A DNA stretch of 62,390 nucleotides, the filler included, from Vannella sp. (lineage: Eukaryota), in assembly GCA_023345925.1 (NCBI GenBank). It is 7 parts of 7 records of this genome, joined end to end, with 100 filler letters (N's around TTAATTAATTAA, not from the genome) between each part and the next. Parts side by side here need not be neighbours in the genome. Positions count along the whole stretch, not along the records: positions 1 to 6,051 come from JAJQQN010001437.1; positions 6,152 to 14,361 come from JAJQQN010000733.1; 5 more parts are not named here. The stretch is one strand, 5' to 3'. The notes below the pieces were generated by a model, which did no database searches, was not told where the DNA came from, and saw nothing but the letters and a program-made list of their open reading frames with translations. How positions within the stretch are numbered: the stretch's first letter is position 1; each line of letters opens with the position of its first letter. A program made the position numbers and the translations under genes. Below are positions 1 through 10,600 of this stretch, in pieces.

Positions 1-2
1 AC

Positions 3-218
3 ATCCTGAAGTTTGGTGACCATGTGCAGCTGATTGACTATGGCTTTGCTTGCAAGAAAGGAGAGCAAAGCTCCCAAGGTCTCTTTGGTGCAATGGTCCA
101 ACGAGCTGTCCCAGTGTTCCAACAATTACATGGACGTTATGGCAACACTTTGCAATGGGATCCAACCACCGATCATGAAATGCTGATGAGGGTCCTGATT
201 AAACGGGAAATGAAGTAA
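3..218 (+). CDS. 3' end of a protein-kinase-like ORF (5' truncated)
   Basis: Frame from base 3 reads ILKFGDHVQLIDYGFA (IL..., then DYG equivalent of DFG), followed by a very short C-lobe ending TDHEMLMRVLIKREMK*. Confidence 0.55.
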   Translation: MLKFGDHVQLIDYGFACKKGEQSSQGLFGAMVQRAVPVFQQLHGRYGNTLQWDPTTDHEMLMRVLIKREMK

Positions 219-246
219 GTTCCATCCAACCGTGAGAAAAGTTATG

Positions 247-292
247 CGCAGCGTAGCTATACCCAAGGTCGACCGGGTTTTGCTACGCTGCG
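247..292. other. Inverted repeat / stem-loop
   Basis: CGCAGCGTAGC (247-257) is the exact reverse complement of GCTACGCTGCG (282-292). Inner ACCC (261-264) pairs with GGGT (275-278). Confidence 0.85.
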
Positions 293-558
293 TGAGCGGC
301 GATGGCATTGCCCTCATTTGGGTCCTCTCATTTTCGCCCTCTTGGTCTGCTTTCCCTGGAAACAGTTAGTCCACATGAATTCCTTACGTAGAGTGACCAG
401 CTTCTCAATGTACGGAGAAAAGTCTAAGATGAACGAGAAGAACCCAAAACTCAAAAAATGAAATCAGACCAAAAGCTTATCCTGAAGAGATGGAGGTCAT
501 CAGGACACTCTACGCAAACACGAGTTTTGGAACCCTCTTCCCCCTCGTGGCTTTTCTC
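291..558. repeat. Dispersed repeat, copy 1 (with about 110-nt insertion)
   Basis: 291-327 matches 29462-29499 and about 52054-52086; about 442-558 is nearly identical to about 29504-29625. Confidence 0.9.
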
Positions 559-609
559 TGTAATGGGACTTTTGGCCAGACCTAAACAGACCCGAATTTG
601 ATAAACTGT

Positions 610-811
610 GTTCCTGACTGACTGAATTCTCCAACCAAATGCGCGCTGCTTTGCACAGAGGACATTCGGATTGAAAGCTGGAAGTAGTGACCGACTTTGT
701 GCACACAAAGCTGTTCTCACCAGATGTTGCAAGTACTTTGAGAGCATGTTTGCCACCGGCTTCCGTGAAGGAGGGGAGAAGGAAACAACCATCTCTATCG
801 AAGTAATCTGA
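610..811 (+). pseudogene. BTB/POZ-domain relic
   Basis: Reads FLTD*ILQPN...LCAHKAVLTRCCKYFESMFATGFREGGEKETTISIEVI*. This is the BTB signature (HKxVL...YFxxMF..GFxE), flanked by in-frame stops with no convincing rescuing introns. Confidence 0.65.
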
Positions 812-1058
812 AGCTGGACAAGAACGATGGACTGATTCCTACCTGTGGATGAAGGCTTTAACAGCATCAGCCTTTCCCAAAAGGAGCTCCTCCCTTCCCA
901 GGATCCTCGAAAGGCCACATTGAAATGGTTTGTCCCAATTCTTGGCTGTTCGAGCAAAGGATTGCTCCCTTACTGGACCCTTCTGCTCTCTTTGGTTATA
1001 ACAAGGTAGCTGAAGATAAAGAAATGGAGAGGTGCGTCTTAAAGGGCATTATTTAGGG

Positions 1059-1451
1059 ATGCTGGGATTGTTGTCGGGTCGTTTGGACGCGTACCATCGT
1101 CGAGTGGTCCAAGAGGAGATCCAAAAGGAGATAGAGCCACTTAAAGCGCACACACAAGCAGAGCTCCCGCCACAAGAGAGTGTCAGAAGCACCTCTAAGG
1201 GGGAAATCTTGGCTGTTGTTGCAGCGTACTCGCAGGCGCACCACCAAGTGTGGTTCTCCAGGATGTGTGTGGTTTCTGGAGGTGTGACAGGCTTCTTCCT
1301 TCACGCTGTCCATGTGGGGCGCCTTCCATTGCGGATTGGAGCCATCCCCATTGCTGCCACAGCTGTCTACATGGCTTCCCTGTGGAACAAGAGCCATAGC
1401 ACTGCTCCATCTCGTCGTGCAGCTCTCCTACTTGAAGAAGAACTCCAATAA
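1059..1451 (+). CDS. Hypothetical small membrane protein
   Basis: Open frame from ATG 1059 with two moderately hydrophobic segments near the C-terminus; stop lies 25 nt before the BolA ATG. Confidence 0.5.
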   Translation: MLGLLSGRLDAYHRRVVQEEIQKEIEPLKAHTQAELPPQESVRSTSKGEILAVVAAYSQAHHQVWFSRMCVVSGGVTGFFLHAVHVGRLPLRIGAIPIAATAVYMASLWNKSHSTAPSRRAALLLEEELQ

Positions 1452-1476
1452 AGCCGCATTTCCCCCATTTCCTCGC

Positions 1477-1802
1477 ATGCCTCTGACCGAGGACGAACTC
1501 GTTCGCATCCTGAAGGAGCGAGTGCCTGCAGAAGAGGTGGTAAGACACTCCCATCCAACATAGTACTCCTGTCTCCTAGGGCTGACTGGTTTGGGTAGAG
1601 GGCGGTGGATCAATCGCATCAATGCGGGGCAAAGTTCTCGATTGTCGTTGTCTCGTCCGTGTTTGAAGGGATGAAGCTGTTGGACCGACAGAGACATGTA
1701 AATGGGTGTATCTCTGAAGAACTGAATGACATTCACGCGCTCTCTATGCGCACTTGGACGCCAGATCAATGGGCGGAGAAGAAAGACACTTTCTCCTTCT
1801 AA
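1477..1802 (+). CDS. BolA-family protein (BolA2/Fra2-like), 2 exons
   Basis: Intron 1540-1598 joins MPLTEDELVRILKERVPAEEV to RAVDQSHQCGAKFSIVVVSSVFEGMKLLDRQRHVN...IHALSMRTWTP. Confidence 0.92.
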
Positions 1803-1941
1803 TAGCGCTCGATAACCACCCAGCACTCTTCCACTATCCATAAAAGCATCAAGTCAATGAATAGGAACCACTTTAGGAGCCTGCAGGCTGATAAACACGC
1901 GATCATGAGTATGATCAGGCTGATGCTGGCCTTGTAAGGGT

Positions 1942-2217
1942 CTACTGCGCCCCTTCTTGCATAAGCTTCGCTTGTTCTTCCCAGTACTTGACTCCAAGCA
2001 CCTGAGAGAGGGCAAAGTACTTGTCCGCACATCGATTAATGCAAGAGCTCTCTTGTTCGTTCAACTGCGCCGTGCGGAAGGAAACCACGCAGTCCTGGAA
2101 GCAGCGCTCCGTCACTGTGTTCAAGAAGCTCGCTTGCTCCTTGATCTGAGCTGTAAAGAGGACAGCTGCCGACTTCTCGTCCAAACCCGCGTTTCGAAAC
2201 TCGTCCGCCATGCTCAT
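1942..2217 (-). CDS. TIM9: Small Tim chaperone, Tim9-like
   Basis: Twin CX3C motif: RCFQDCV...SCINRCADKY. Confidence 0.85.
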   Translation of the reverse strand: MSMADEFRNAGLDEKSAAVLFTAQIKEQASFLNTVTERCFQDCVVSFRTAQLNEQESSCINRCADKYFALSQVLGVKYWEEQAKLMQEGAQ

Positions 2218-2270
2218 GGCTCCGGGGGCCCTGCAAATGGCTTAGGAAGGGTTCATTTCGTCGTGGAGGG

Positions 2271-4362
2271 ATGCTGAGAGGTGGCTCGGGAAGGCTGTGG
2301 GGGAGGGCGATGAGGTTGGGGGACCGGGCGGGGGCTGTGGTGCGGAGAGAGTACCAAGGAGAGGTGGAGAAGCAAGTGCGACAGGTGTATGAGTATGCTG
2401 CGCCTGCGCTGTTGGAGGAGAACAGGAGTCTGAAGCGATGGGGGCGATACACGATGATCTCTCCCAAAGTAAGAAGGGCTGCGGTGGAGAAGCTGGGCTG
2501 GGAGCGACCTACAGACATTCAACGCAAGGTCTTTCAACTTGTTATGCGAGAGCGAAGCGTAAGAACAGCTCTACTCGTCATCAGTGATGTCGCCTGACAG
2601 TTTATCGGTAGATCGTCGCTTCTTCTGAGACTGGAAGCGGCAAAACAGCAGCCTATGGTGCTCCTTTACTATCTTACATCGAAAGGTTGCGTCTAGATCC
2701 CCAGCAAGCAGAGAAAGAAGAGTCTCCAGAGGACACCCGCTATCCTCGTGGCGAATACTCGCCCATTGGCGTAGTGATCTGCCCCACTCAAGAGCTAGCA
2801 CTCCAAGTTCAAGAGCATCTCATCAGTTTGGCCTCTCTGATCGATCCCCCTGTTCGGATCGAGTCCCTCTCTCATGTTCACTTGCCCAACTCGCTACGAG
2901 AGCCTCGAGGGAGAGATCAGCCCATCGACATCATCGTAGGAACCCCAGGGAAAGTGCTTTCGCACACAAAGCAGCACAGCAAGTACCGCACCAACAAGCA
3001 CAACGCATCCCGCGCGGATTTCTTTGAAGAGCAAGGTCTCGATCTCAGTTGGACCAAATGGTTCATTATCGATGAGTGCGATCGTCTCCTATCTTTAGGT
3101 TTCTTCCCAGATATCAAAGACATTCTGACTTACATGCCACGCCCTCGAAAGGTCGTCCCTCGACTACTTCCAGGTGCTTCCTCAACTCTGGAAGAGCGGG
3201 AAGGTAGAAAGGTGATTACATCCGTCAAGGACCGTATGAAGGTGATGCTGTTCACTGCAACAATGGTGCCAGAGATTCAATCCTTGATCAAACGAATTGC
3301 ACCGCAACATTCCTCCATCAATCTCAACGCGGGAATGCAGCCAGCTACGAATGTAGATGACGTGGTGTTTCTCGTTTCCAACAGGAAGAAGTACGCACTC
3401 CTTCTTTATCTCTTGAAGCGACGCGGGTCCATCAAATACGACCAAGCCTTAGTATTTTGCCGAACTCAGCAGCGAGTGGAGCGCTTGGCCATATCGCTTA
3501 AGGAAGAAGGGATTTTGGCAGGTTCTATTCACAAAGACATGTCTCCGAAGAAACGCTCTGAGGTCTTGACAGCTTTCCGTGAGAACAGACTTCAAGTGAG
3601 TTTCCCACTTTTCTGCGACAGGCGCCCTAATGATGACTTCTCTGGTAGTGCTTGATAGCAACAGATGTGCTTGGACGTGGTATTGACATTGAGGGACTCC
3701 CGTTTGTGGTAAATTACGATCTTCCGGTGTCTCCCGTCGACTATGTGCATCGCGTTGGAAGAACAGGACGTGCTGGACTGAAGGGAACAGCCATTAGCTT
3801 TGTAGCAAGTACTCCTATGATGCTTAACTTCGGGGGACGCTTCGTGGAACACAACGAACAGCACATTCTACAGAAGATTCGATCTTTTACTGGAAAGTCT
3901 CTTCACTTTCGCAAGGTCCCCGGTCCTTGGGATGATGACCCGTACAGCGTTATAACACAACAAGAAGAGATGGATGCTCAGAATTACGGAGAAAAGCGTC
4001 ACACGGAGATAATGAAGCTCATGAACAGCAAAGAAGAGAAAGTCTTGGGCAAAGGAATGTACGAGAGACTGCTTGCTCGGGCGGATGCTCGCAAGAAGAA
4101 CCCAACTCGTGCGAGATATCTTCCTGATAGTGAGATGACAAAAGGCCTGCATCTTCGACAGTTCCGGCACGGACGCTACGAAGACATGTTGGTCGACTTT
4201 GACGTGGAACGCGCTCGAAACCGGGGAGTTGCCATTCCAGCACACTTTACCGACCTCATTAACAGCGGTCGTCCCAAGAAGGGAAGAACCCCACTCCGCA
4301 GTACCAGTTTGGCCAGCCCTAATCAACCACAGCGACCAGTCTCCCCATTCACTGTAAAGTAG
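2271..4362 (+). CDS. DEAD-box RNA helicase (DECD variant), probably mitochondrial, 3 exons
   Basis: Q motif GWERPTDIQ; intron 2559-2611 restores [25 protein letters not shown]; intron 3596-3648; [20 protein letters not shown]. Arg-rich N-terminus resembles a presequence. Confidence 0.93.
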
Positions 4363-4440
4363 AAACCTTCACTGTGAAGTAGTCCCCTTCGAAGTGCCAT
4401 TAGAACTGATAATGTCACTTTAATGAGAATACAACGGTTC

Positions 4441-6051
4441 TTATGTCCGATTCCTACGTCTTCTCAGACATTGAATGCACTTAAATATTAGGAAGATGGG
4501 AACAGCGATGATGAGGACAATGATAGCAATAATGCCCACCACCAAGACGATAGGAATAGCTATCAGTATCACCAGAATCCCGATTAGAATGGCTCGTAGG
4601 GCCTGCAACCTCCTCCTCAGTTTCGGATGCGAAGTGAATTGGAGCCCGGCACAATCCCCATTGATATAGTGATCCGGCTAAACCCATCTCGTATCAGTAA
4701 AAGCACAGCTACCTTCCAATAGGAGCCAAATGAGCTTACCGAGAACTGCTTCATACAAATCCAACAAAATTCATATCCGCACGTAACGCACTTCATGTGG
4801 TTACAGCCGCTGTCCTTTTCTATATCCACTGCACATTGCGCACATTTGCGCACTTTATGCTTCTTCCTCCATTGATCTGACTTGATGTCCCGTCTTGTTT
4901 TGTTGCGTTTTGCGTTTTGCTTGCAAGTGAAGTTTGGATGCCACTCTTGGGAGCAATCAGAGCAGAACTTGGTGGAGCATTTGGTGCAGAGTAAACAAGG
5001 AAAGTCCGCGTCCGATGGATCCCCCACAACGGCCGTGTTGCAGTCTGGTTTCGGGCACCAGCGGCTGGTGGGGATCATACTGATCTCAGCTAGCTCCTGG
5101 AACCTTTTGTACTTGTGATAGATCTCTGGTTCAACCAAGGAGAAGATCTGCGCGCGGTTTGGTGAGCCAATGGCTTTGGGATAGTTCCCAAACTCACATC
5201 TGTGTCAGTGACGGCCTCAGAGCAAGACTGCTGTGTGCAAGGGATCGTTAAGATCCATCCACTGTGAATGTGGACTGTTATATGCGCTCTCAGACACTAC
5301 AAAAGGCGAGGGATGGACAGTCAGCACAGGAAAAGAGGTGTTGTGCCCTTGCAGGCTCCCCTCTTACATCTCTGCAGAAGCGATGATGGCAAGCAAGAGT
5401 GAACATGTCTTTGGATTGAACTTCTTCCTCGTAACAGATCTCGCACGTCTCCATCCCTCCTGTTTCCGCTCGTTCCTGGTTTGCATCGGGTTGGCGAACG
5501 CTTGCTGCTCACAAGAGTTAGAGAGGAGGTTGAGGAAGATGATAGACCTTTGTGGCTGCCAGAGAACGGTTGCAAGTAGGAGGGGCTGACTTACAGAAGA
5601 TTTGGAAGTCTGCGGAGTGTTCTTGCTCTTCCCCTTCAGGTGGGATGAACGGCGACTGTATGTTATTGAATGGGCCGAGAAGAGGGTCTTCTTCTTGGTC
5701 CTGAGGCGAGTCCTGCAGCAAAGCAAGAGGAGCAGTCTTTGGTGGGGAGTCTTCGGTGCTCTCAGACTCCTCCTGCTTTGACTGCGTTTCAGAAGGTGTG
5801 TGGTATGTTGACGAAAGGGGAGGAGGTACGGAGTCATCCGAGAGATCCCCCTCCATGTGCACACCGGTGGGCATCTGGTCTCCCTCCGAGAGGCTATCCA
5901 GGCGCTTCAAGAACTCGTTCACTCTGTGACGAACCTCCTTCCTGCTCTCCGTACTTCCTTGCTGATCTGCCCAGTTCATTAGACGAGCCCGGATGGAAGA
6001 AATCTTCTGCACACGGCGAGGAGTGACAGAAGCCCCCAAGTCTGCTTCTGC
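4441..6051 (-). CDS. RBR (RING1-IBR-RING2) E3 ubiquitin ligase with C-terminal TM, 5' truncated, multi-exon
   Basis: RING1 CEICYEE...LACHHRFCRD; IBR WCPKPDC...CTKCSTKFCSDC..EWH; RING2 KCAQC...GCNHMKCVTCGYEFCWIC; long hydrophobic tail ending CLRRRRNRT* at 4441. Confidence 0.92.
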
Positions 6052-6151
6052 NNNNNNNNNNNNNNNNNNNNNNNNNNNNNNNNNNNNNNNNNNNNTTAAT
6101 TAATTAANNNNNNNNNNNNNNNNNNNNNNNNNNNNNNNNNNNNNNNNNNNN
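6052..6151. other. Artificial contig linker (N44-TTAATTAATTAA-N44)
   Basis: Identical 100-nt linker with stops in all six frames also at 14362-14461, 20756-20855, 29353-29452, 40003-40102 and 51286-51385. No adjacency can be inferred across them. Confidence 0.99.
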
Positions 6152-9100
6152 GGAAGAAGAGTCACTGGACGCCCGTTCGAGTCAAACAAAGTGATGTCAA
6201 GCACTGCGTTGCCAAGCTGAGGGGGAGAGCGAGGATCCCCAGGAATGTTGGGGATTTGAGTGGCAAAGTCCACATCCAGCACAAATCCGCTGCTTCCGTA
6301 GCTCTCAGGGAAATAGAGAGTTCCAATGACTTCACCTTCAGGGTTTCTGAGGATTACCTCGATCAGGCCAGAGGTGGAAATGGGCTGAAGCTCAACACTA
6401 ATGGATGTGACTCTGCAATTGGAACACTCTGCTCCTGTAAAGGGACCAAAAGGCGCAATCAGAGATGGCAAAGGACTCACACTGCTACTTCCAGAAGAGA
6501 CAAGCGATGCAGAGGAAACCGGGCTTTGACTCTTTGTTAGAGTAGGGTTCGCAATAGCTGATCTTGAAGGCGCTTGGGTGATTGATGCAGAGCGTGTTGA
6601 GGACGGAACTGACGAAGAGGATGTCGAGATATCTTCTGGAGCAAAACTGGGCGCTACAGATCGAGTGGAACTCGGTAAAGGGCTGCGAGAGGAAAAGTTT
6701 GACTTGGAAACAGAGGCAGAAGGACTCTCTGAGGTGTCAGAGATTTTGGGAGAGTTAGAGGCTCCCAGTGACTGTGAGACTGAGATAGATTGGGTCTCTG
6801 AGGTGGAGAAGTCAGAGATTGTTGGCAAGTTTGAAGCTCCCAGTAACTTTGAGGCTGTGATGGACGGTGTCTCGGTGGCAGAATTGGACACAGAGATTGC
6901 TGGTGAGTCAGAAGCTCCTAAAGACTTCGATACCGTTGTGGAGGGTGTCTCTGATGGAGAAGGCGAACAGGAGAGGGACATAGAGCTTGAGAACGAGATG
7001 GACTGAGTCTCCGATGACGAAAGTGATTCTGAAGGTGTGATGCTTGCAGAAGCACTAACAGAACTCGCGGGAGATTCAGACGCTCCAAACGACATTGAGA
7101 CGGTCACAGAAGAAGACTCAGATCTCGAGATTGTGGCTGTACTAGAAACACTCTCTGAAGGAGTGGGACTCATCGAAGGGCTGCTGGTCTCGGATGGCGA
7201 AGGTGATACTGAAGTAGTGACAGTTGCAGAAGACGATGGCGGAGTGTTTGGATCTTCGCCCAAGGCAATATTGAGCACCCGAGCCCATGGTTCGTTCTGC
7301 ATGTATGTACTGCGAAAGCCAATTCCGACGTCAAAGAAGGTGTTGGCCAAGCCAGTGATGTGGCCTCCTTTGGTCCCGTATTTCTTGCTCCAAACTCCAC
7401 AGTAATCCAGGTTCCCGGCGAAATAGTATGCGCAGTAGTCCGTCCCGTTAGTAAGGTCTGTGATGGAGTAGGGAAGGATGACAGTACTCGGAATCATGGC
7501 GGGTAGAAGCTGGTCAACCAAGTAGTAGTCCGTAAATCGGGTGCCATTAGTGGCATGCGAGATGAAATCAAGACCAAAATTGAAGATGAGATCTCTCTGC
7601 GTGCGGTAGTCATCGTTAAAGGTTGGAGCCAAATTCAAGTAATAAGGGTCAATGGGTTGATTGAGAGTGGCTCCGAAAATCTCGTTCAAGAAGAGAGCAG
7701 AGCGTCTTCCCAACACCACAAATAGCCCTCCTTGGTCCACAGAAAAGTTGCGAACCGCCTCTTTCACGCCTGGAGAAGCATCAATGTAGTATCTCCGGTT
7801 GTCAATGTAAAACTCTGGGTTTGGAACTACCAGCCCGTCCATTTGGGAGAGGAACTCTGACACATAAGTCGCGTTCCTGTTATCGTTTAGCAGGAACACG
7901 CTGTGATTGGAAAGTCCCAAAAACCGAGCGATATTCGCTACACCGTTCGGGTCTGTCCCACGAGCCAACACAGCGACCTTCAATACCTTTGGGACGCGGA
8001 GTTTTGCCTCATCAAAGATGGGAAATCGGGTTGCCGGAGGCGCTTTTGGCTTTTGAGCGGCGAAGAGGGCTGTTCTCCAGGAGAGCTCTGGCCATGAGAC
8101 TGATTGCCTATTAGCACCTGGTACTTGGTAGATTGGTTGATAGAAGTTGGACTTGCTCCAGTCCCACGAGAAGACCGTTAGATGGCCTCCTGCTCGCGAC
8201 AAGCTTTTAGACCAAACAGCACAACCATTCAAGGCATCTTTGAAGAGGCAACTGCCGTTTCGTCCATCTAAGCTTCGAGTCCTCAAACGAGAAGGCAGGG
8301 AATAGATGTCGTTGAAGGCGCCAAAGGACGAGCTTGTGACGAATGGCTGTTGTGTGGAGGGATAAGGACTATTCAATGATCCTGCAGCAAATGGTTGTGA
8401 TAGCACGTCAAAGTAACTATTGAGAAACCTTGCTGCTCCAAAAGTATCTCCGATAATCGCCTGTCATACCACATTAGTGAACTTGACGTCGACAGAACAA
8501 TCTCTACTTACCAAATTGACTCCATTAGCAATCATTCTCGCGTACAAGCTGAGAGAGGGACTAGTTAAGAGATCTCTCTTATCAGCTGAGCTATCTCTTT
8601 TCTTGGTTAGTACACCTGATGGGATATCCAGATCTCTTTTCTCGGTGGACATATCAGAAACAATGTCCCTTCCGAGGAGAATCTCATAATAGCCTGGAGT
8701 CATTGATGGGGATGCTGATGTAGTTACTGAAGGAGAAGCTAATGGGGATGGCGGGGGTGTCGGTGAAGCAGAAGGGAGTTCTAAGAGGAAGAAGGATTTC
8801 GCTCCTGTGAGTGAAAGTAATCGTTCAAGTTCTCGGGGTTGTTCCGTTCTCCTCCACACGAAGACGTTGTTTAACAAAGACAAATCGTATGCCACATTTG
8901 CAAACACTCCAAATTCGTTTAACGATGCCGGGCCACTCCCTCCGCCTCGACCAGTGAGAGACTGGGAACCTCCAATCTTTGGGTTCAACACAACTGGAAC
9001 GGGAACGAATTGAGACTTGTACTTGAGTAAGACGTTGTTGGGCTTGGGATCGAACTTCTCCATTGCACGCTTGCTCTGTCCTACAGCTGCAGCTACCACT

Positions 9101-9921
9101 CCAATGAATCGTTCAGTGAACGGGAGATTGACAGCAGTGGGCGTTTCAAAGCTCATAGAGATCTCAACCACATATCCAAAGTCGTGACGAAAATTGAACA
9201 CCCAGCAGGCTTCATTGAGGGATCCATAAAGTATGTATCTGCTCTGATACTGGTAAGTCCCATTGCGCTGGAACATGCAGAACTCACGGTTCTCTGGAGT
9301 GAGAATCATGTGGTGGATATTGTCGTTGACCCAGTAAAGGTTGTCAGAGAACCATTGGAAGGGCAAGCCGAACTGGTGTTCGGGACTGATCCGACCAAAA
9401 GTAGTATTCAAGGACTGGTTCGTAGGCAAAGCCACATAATGATTCGCGTAAGGGTCGCCCAGTGAGCCTCTTACACGATACGGGTAGGAATAGATCTGGT
9501 CAATGTTGGCGGAGAACTTGATCGATTCTACTTGAAGGACAGGCTTCTGAAGCCATCCAGCAACATCTCGAGACCGAGTGTCGTTAAATCCAGCAGGGTA
9601 GATGACAATACCGCCGCTGGAAACGAAACCGCTGAAGAGCACGCTGTTGATTGGGGAAAGAGTGATTGGGAGGAAGCTGGGGCAAAGGTACACTACTTCC
9701 GCGTTGGAAAGAGCGTTAGCCACCTCCACATCGTCTGTCACATTGAAGAGAGTCGGATTCACGAAAGGGATGCTCTGAAAGAGCGACAAGGATTGGTTCA
9801 CCACAAAAGGAGTCACATTCTCATCCCACCCAATCCACACTTGCGTCAGGCCCCTCGCACGCACGGACAGAACCAGAATCGCCAACAAGATAACGCACGC
9901 TCTCATCGACAGAGCCCTCAA
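6152..9921 (-). CDS. Large secreted/surface protein: signal peptide, class-I-GATase-like modules, Ser/Thr mucin stalk, start of GAIN-like domain (3' truncated)
   Basis: Signal peptide ACVILLAILVLSVRA. A 51-nt intron 8461-8511 (GTAAGT...CTAAT...CAG) joins the 485-aa and 768-aa ORFs. C-terminal PFGPFTGAECSNCRV...PPQLGNAVLDITLFDSNGRPV aligns with the GPS-bearing paralog at 11806-14361. Confidence 0.85.
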
Positions 9922-10600
9922 GAAATGACTCCGCCCGCTTTGTCGGAGCCGACAGAACTTGCCACCACACCTGATTGACCAATTACGTTCCGGTTTGATT
10001 CTTTGAAATGTTCGAGTTAGCGGCTTAGCTTTTCAGGTAACTTTTCCGCTTGCTTTGGATTCCATCATTTCTCCTGATGTCGCCTGTTCTCAGACATCAT
10101 GCCCATTACTGTCCGGAAGAATCAAGGGCACTGAAATGCACTAGAATGGTTGTCTTGGAGAGCCACCTTTCTTGTGCATTCATTGACCATGCAAAGAAAG
10201 GGGAATGGTGTAAATGGACTTACTAGGTTGGCCAGCAAGCGCTAGGTGCATTCTCTAGGCTTTTGCAGTCCCTGGTGGAGCTGTTATTGTACGAGGGATT
10301 TCTGATCAAAATGGCAAGAAGAAGAGGCCAGTATGCCGTCATCACCTAACCAAAGAACGTTGCTATCAGGCCAAGAACTTCAGAGATGTGGAAGATGAGA
10401 AATGATATCTCGAGCATCCAGCAAACTCATGGAGATTCACACCCATCAACCAATCATTGAACGGATTTGAAAATGTCGTCACTCAGAGCCTGTCAGACCT
10501 ATCGCACACCCTCGGTTGACTTTCATCCTTCCCGACAGTCTCCTCCTCATGTTTTGGTGGCTCTCTGGAATGTGAAACTTAATTTGAACCTATCAAACGA

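Noticed and set aside
1477..4362. Mitochondrial gene cluster (BolA, Tim9, helicase)
   Set aside because: The BolA looks like the cytosolic BolA2 type, and such adjacency is expected by chance in a dense genome. Only the short divergent spacing was kept.
6096..6107. Recurrent TTAATTAATTAA palindrome as a biological repeat
   Set aside because: Always centred in N runs of fixed length; it is an artificial joining linker. Gene neighbourhoods across linkers were ignored.
8461..8511. In-frame TGA between the 485-aa and 768-aa ORFs, suggesting readthrough or TGA=Trp recoding
   Set aside because: It lies in a canonical 51-nt intron (GTAAGT donor, CTAAT branch, CAG acceptor), and TGA is a normal stop elsewhere (MRT4, glutathione reductase).
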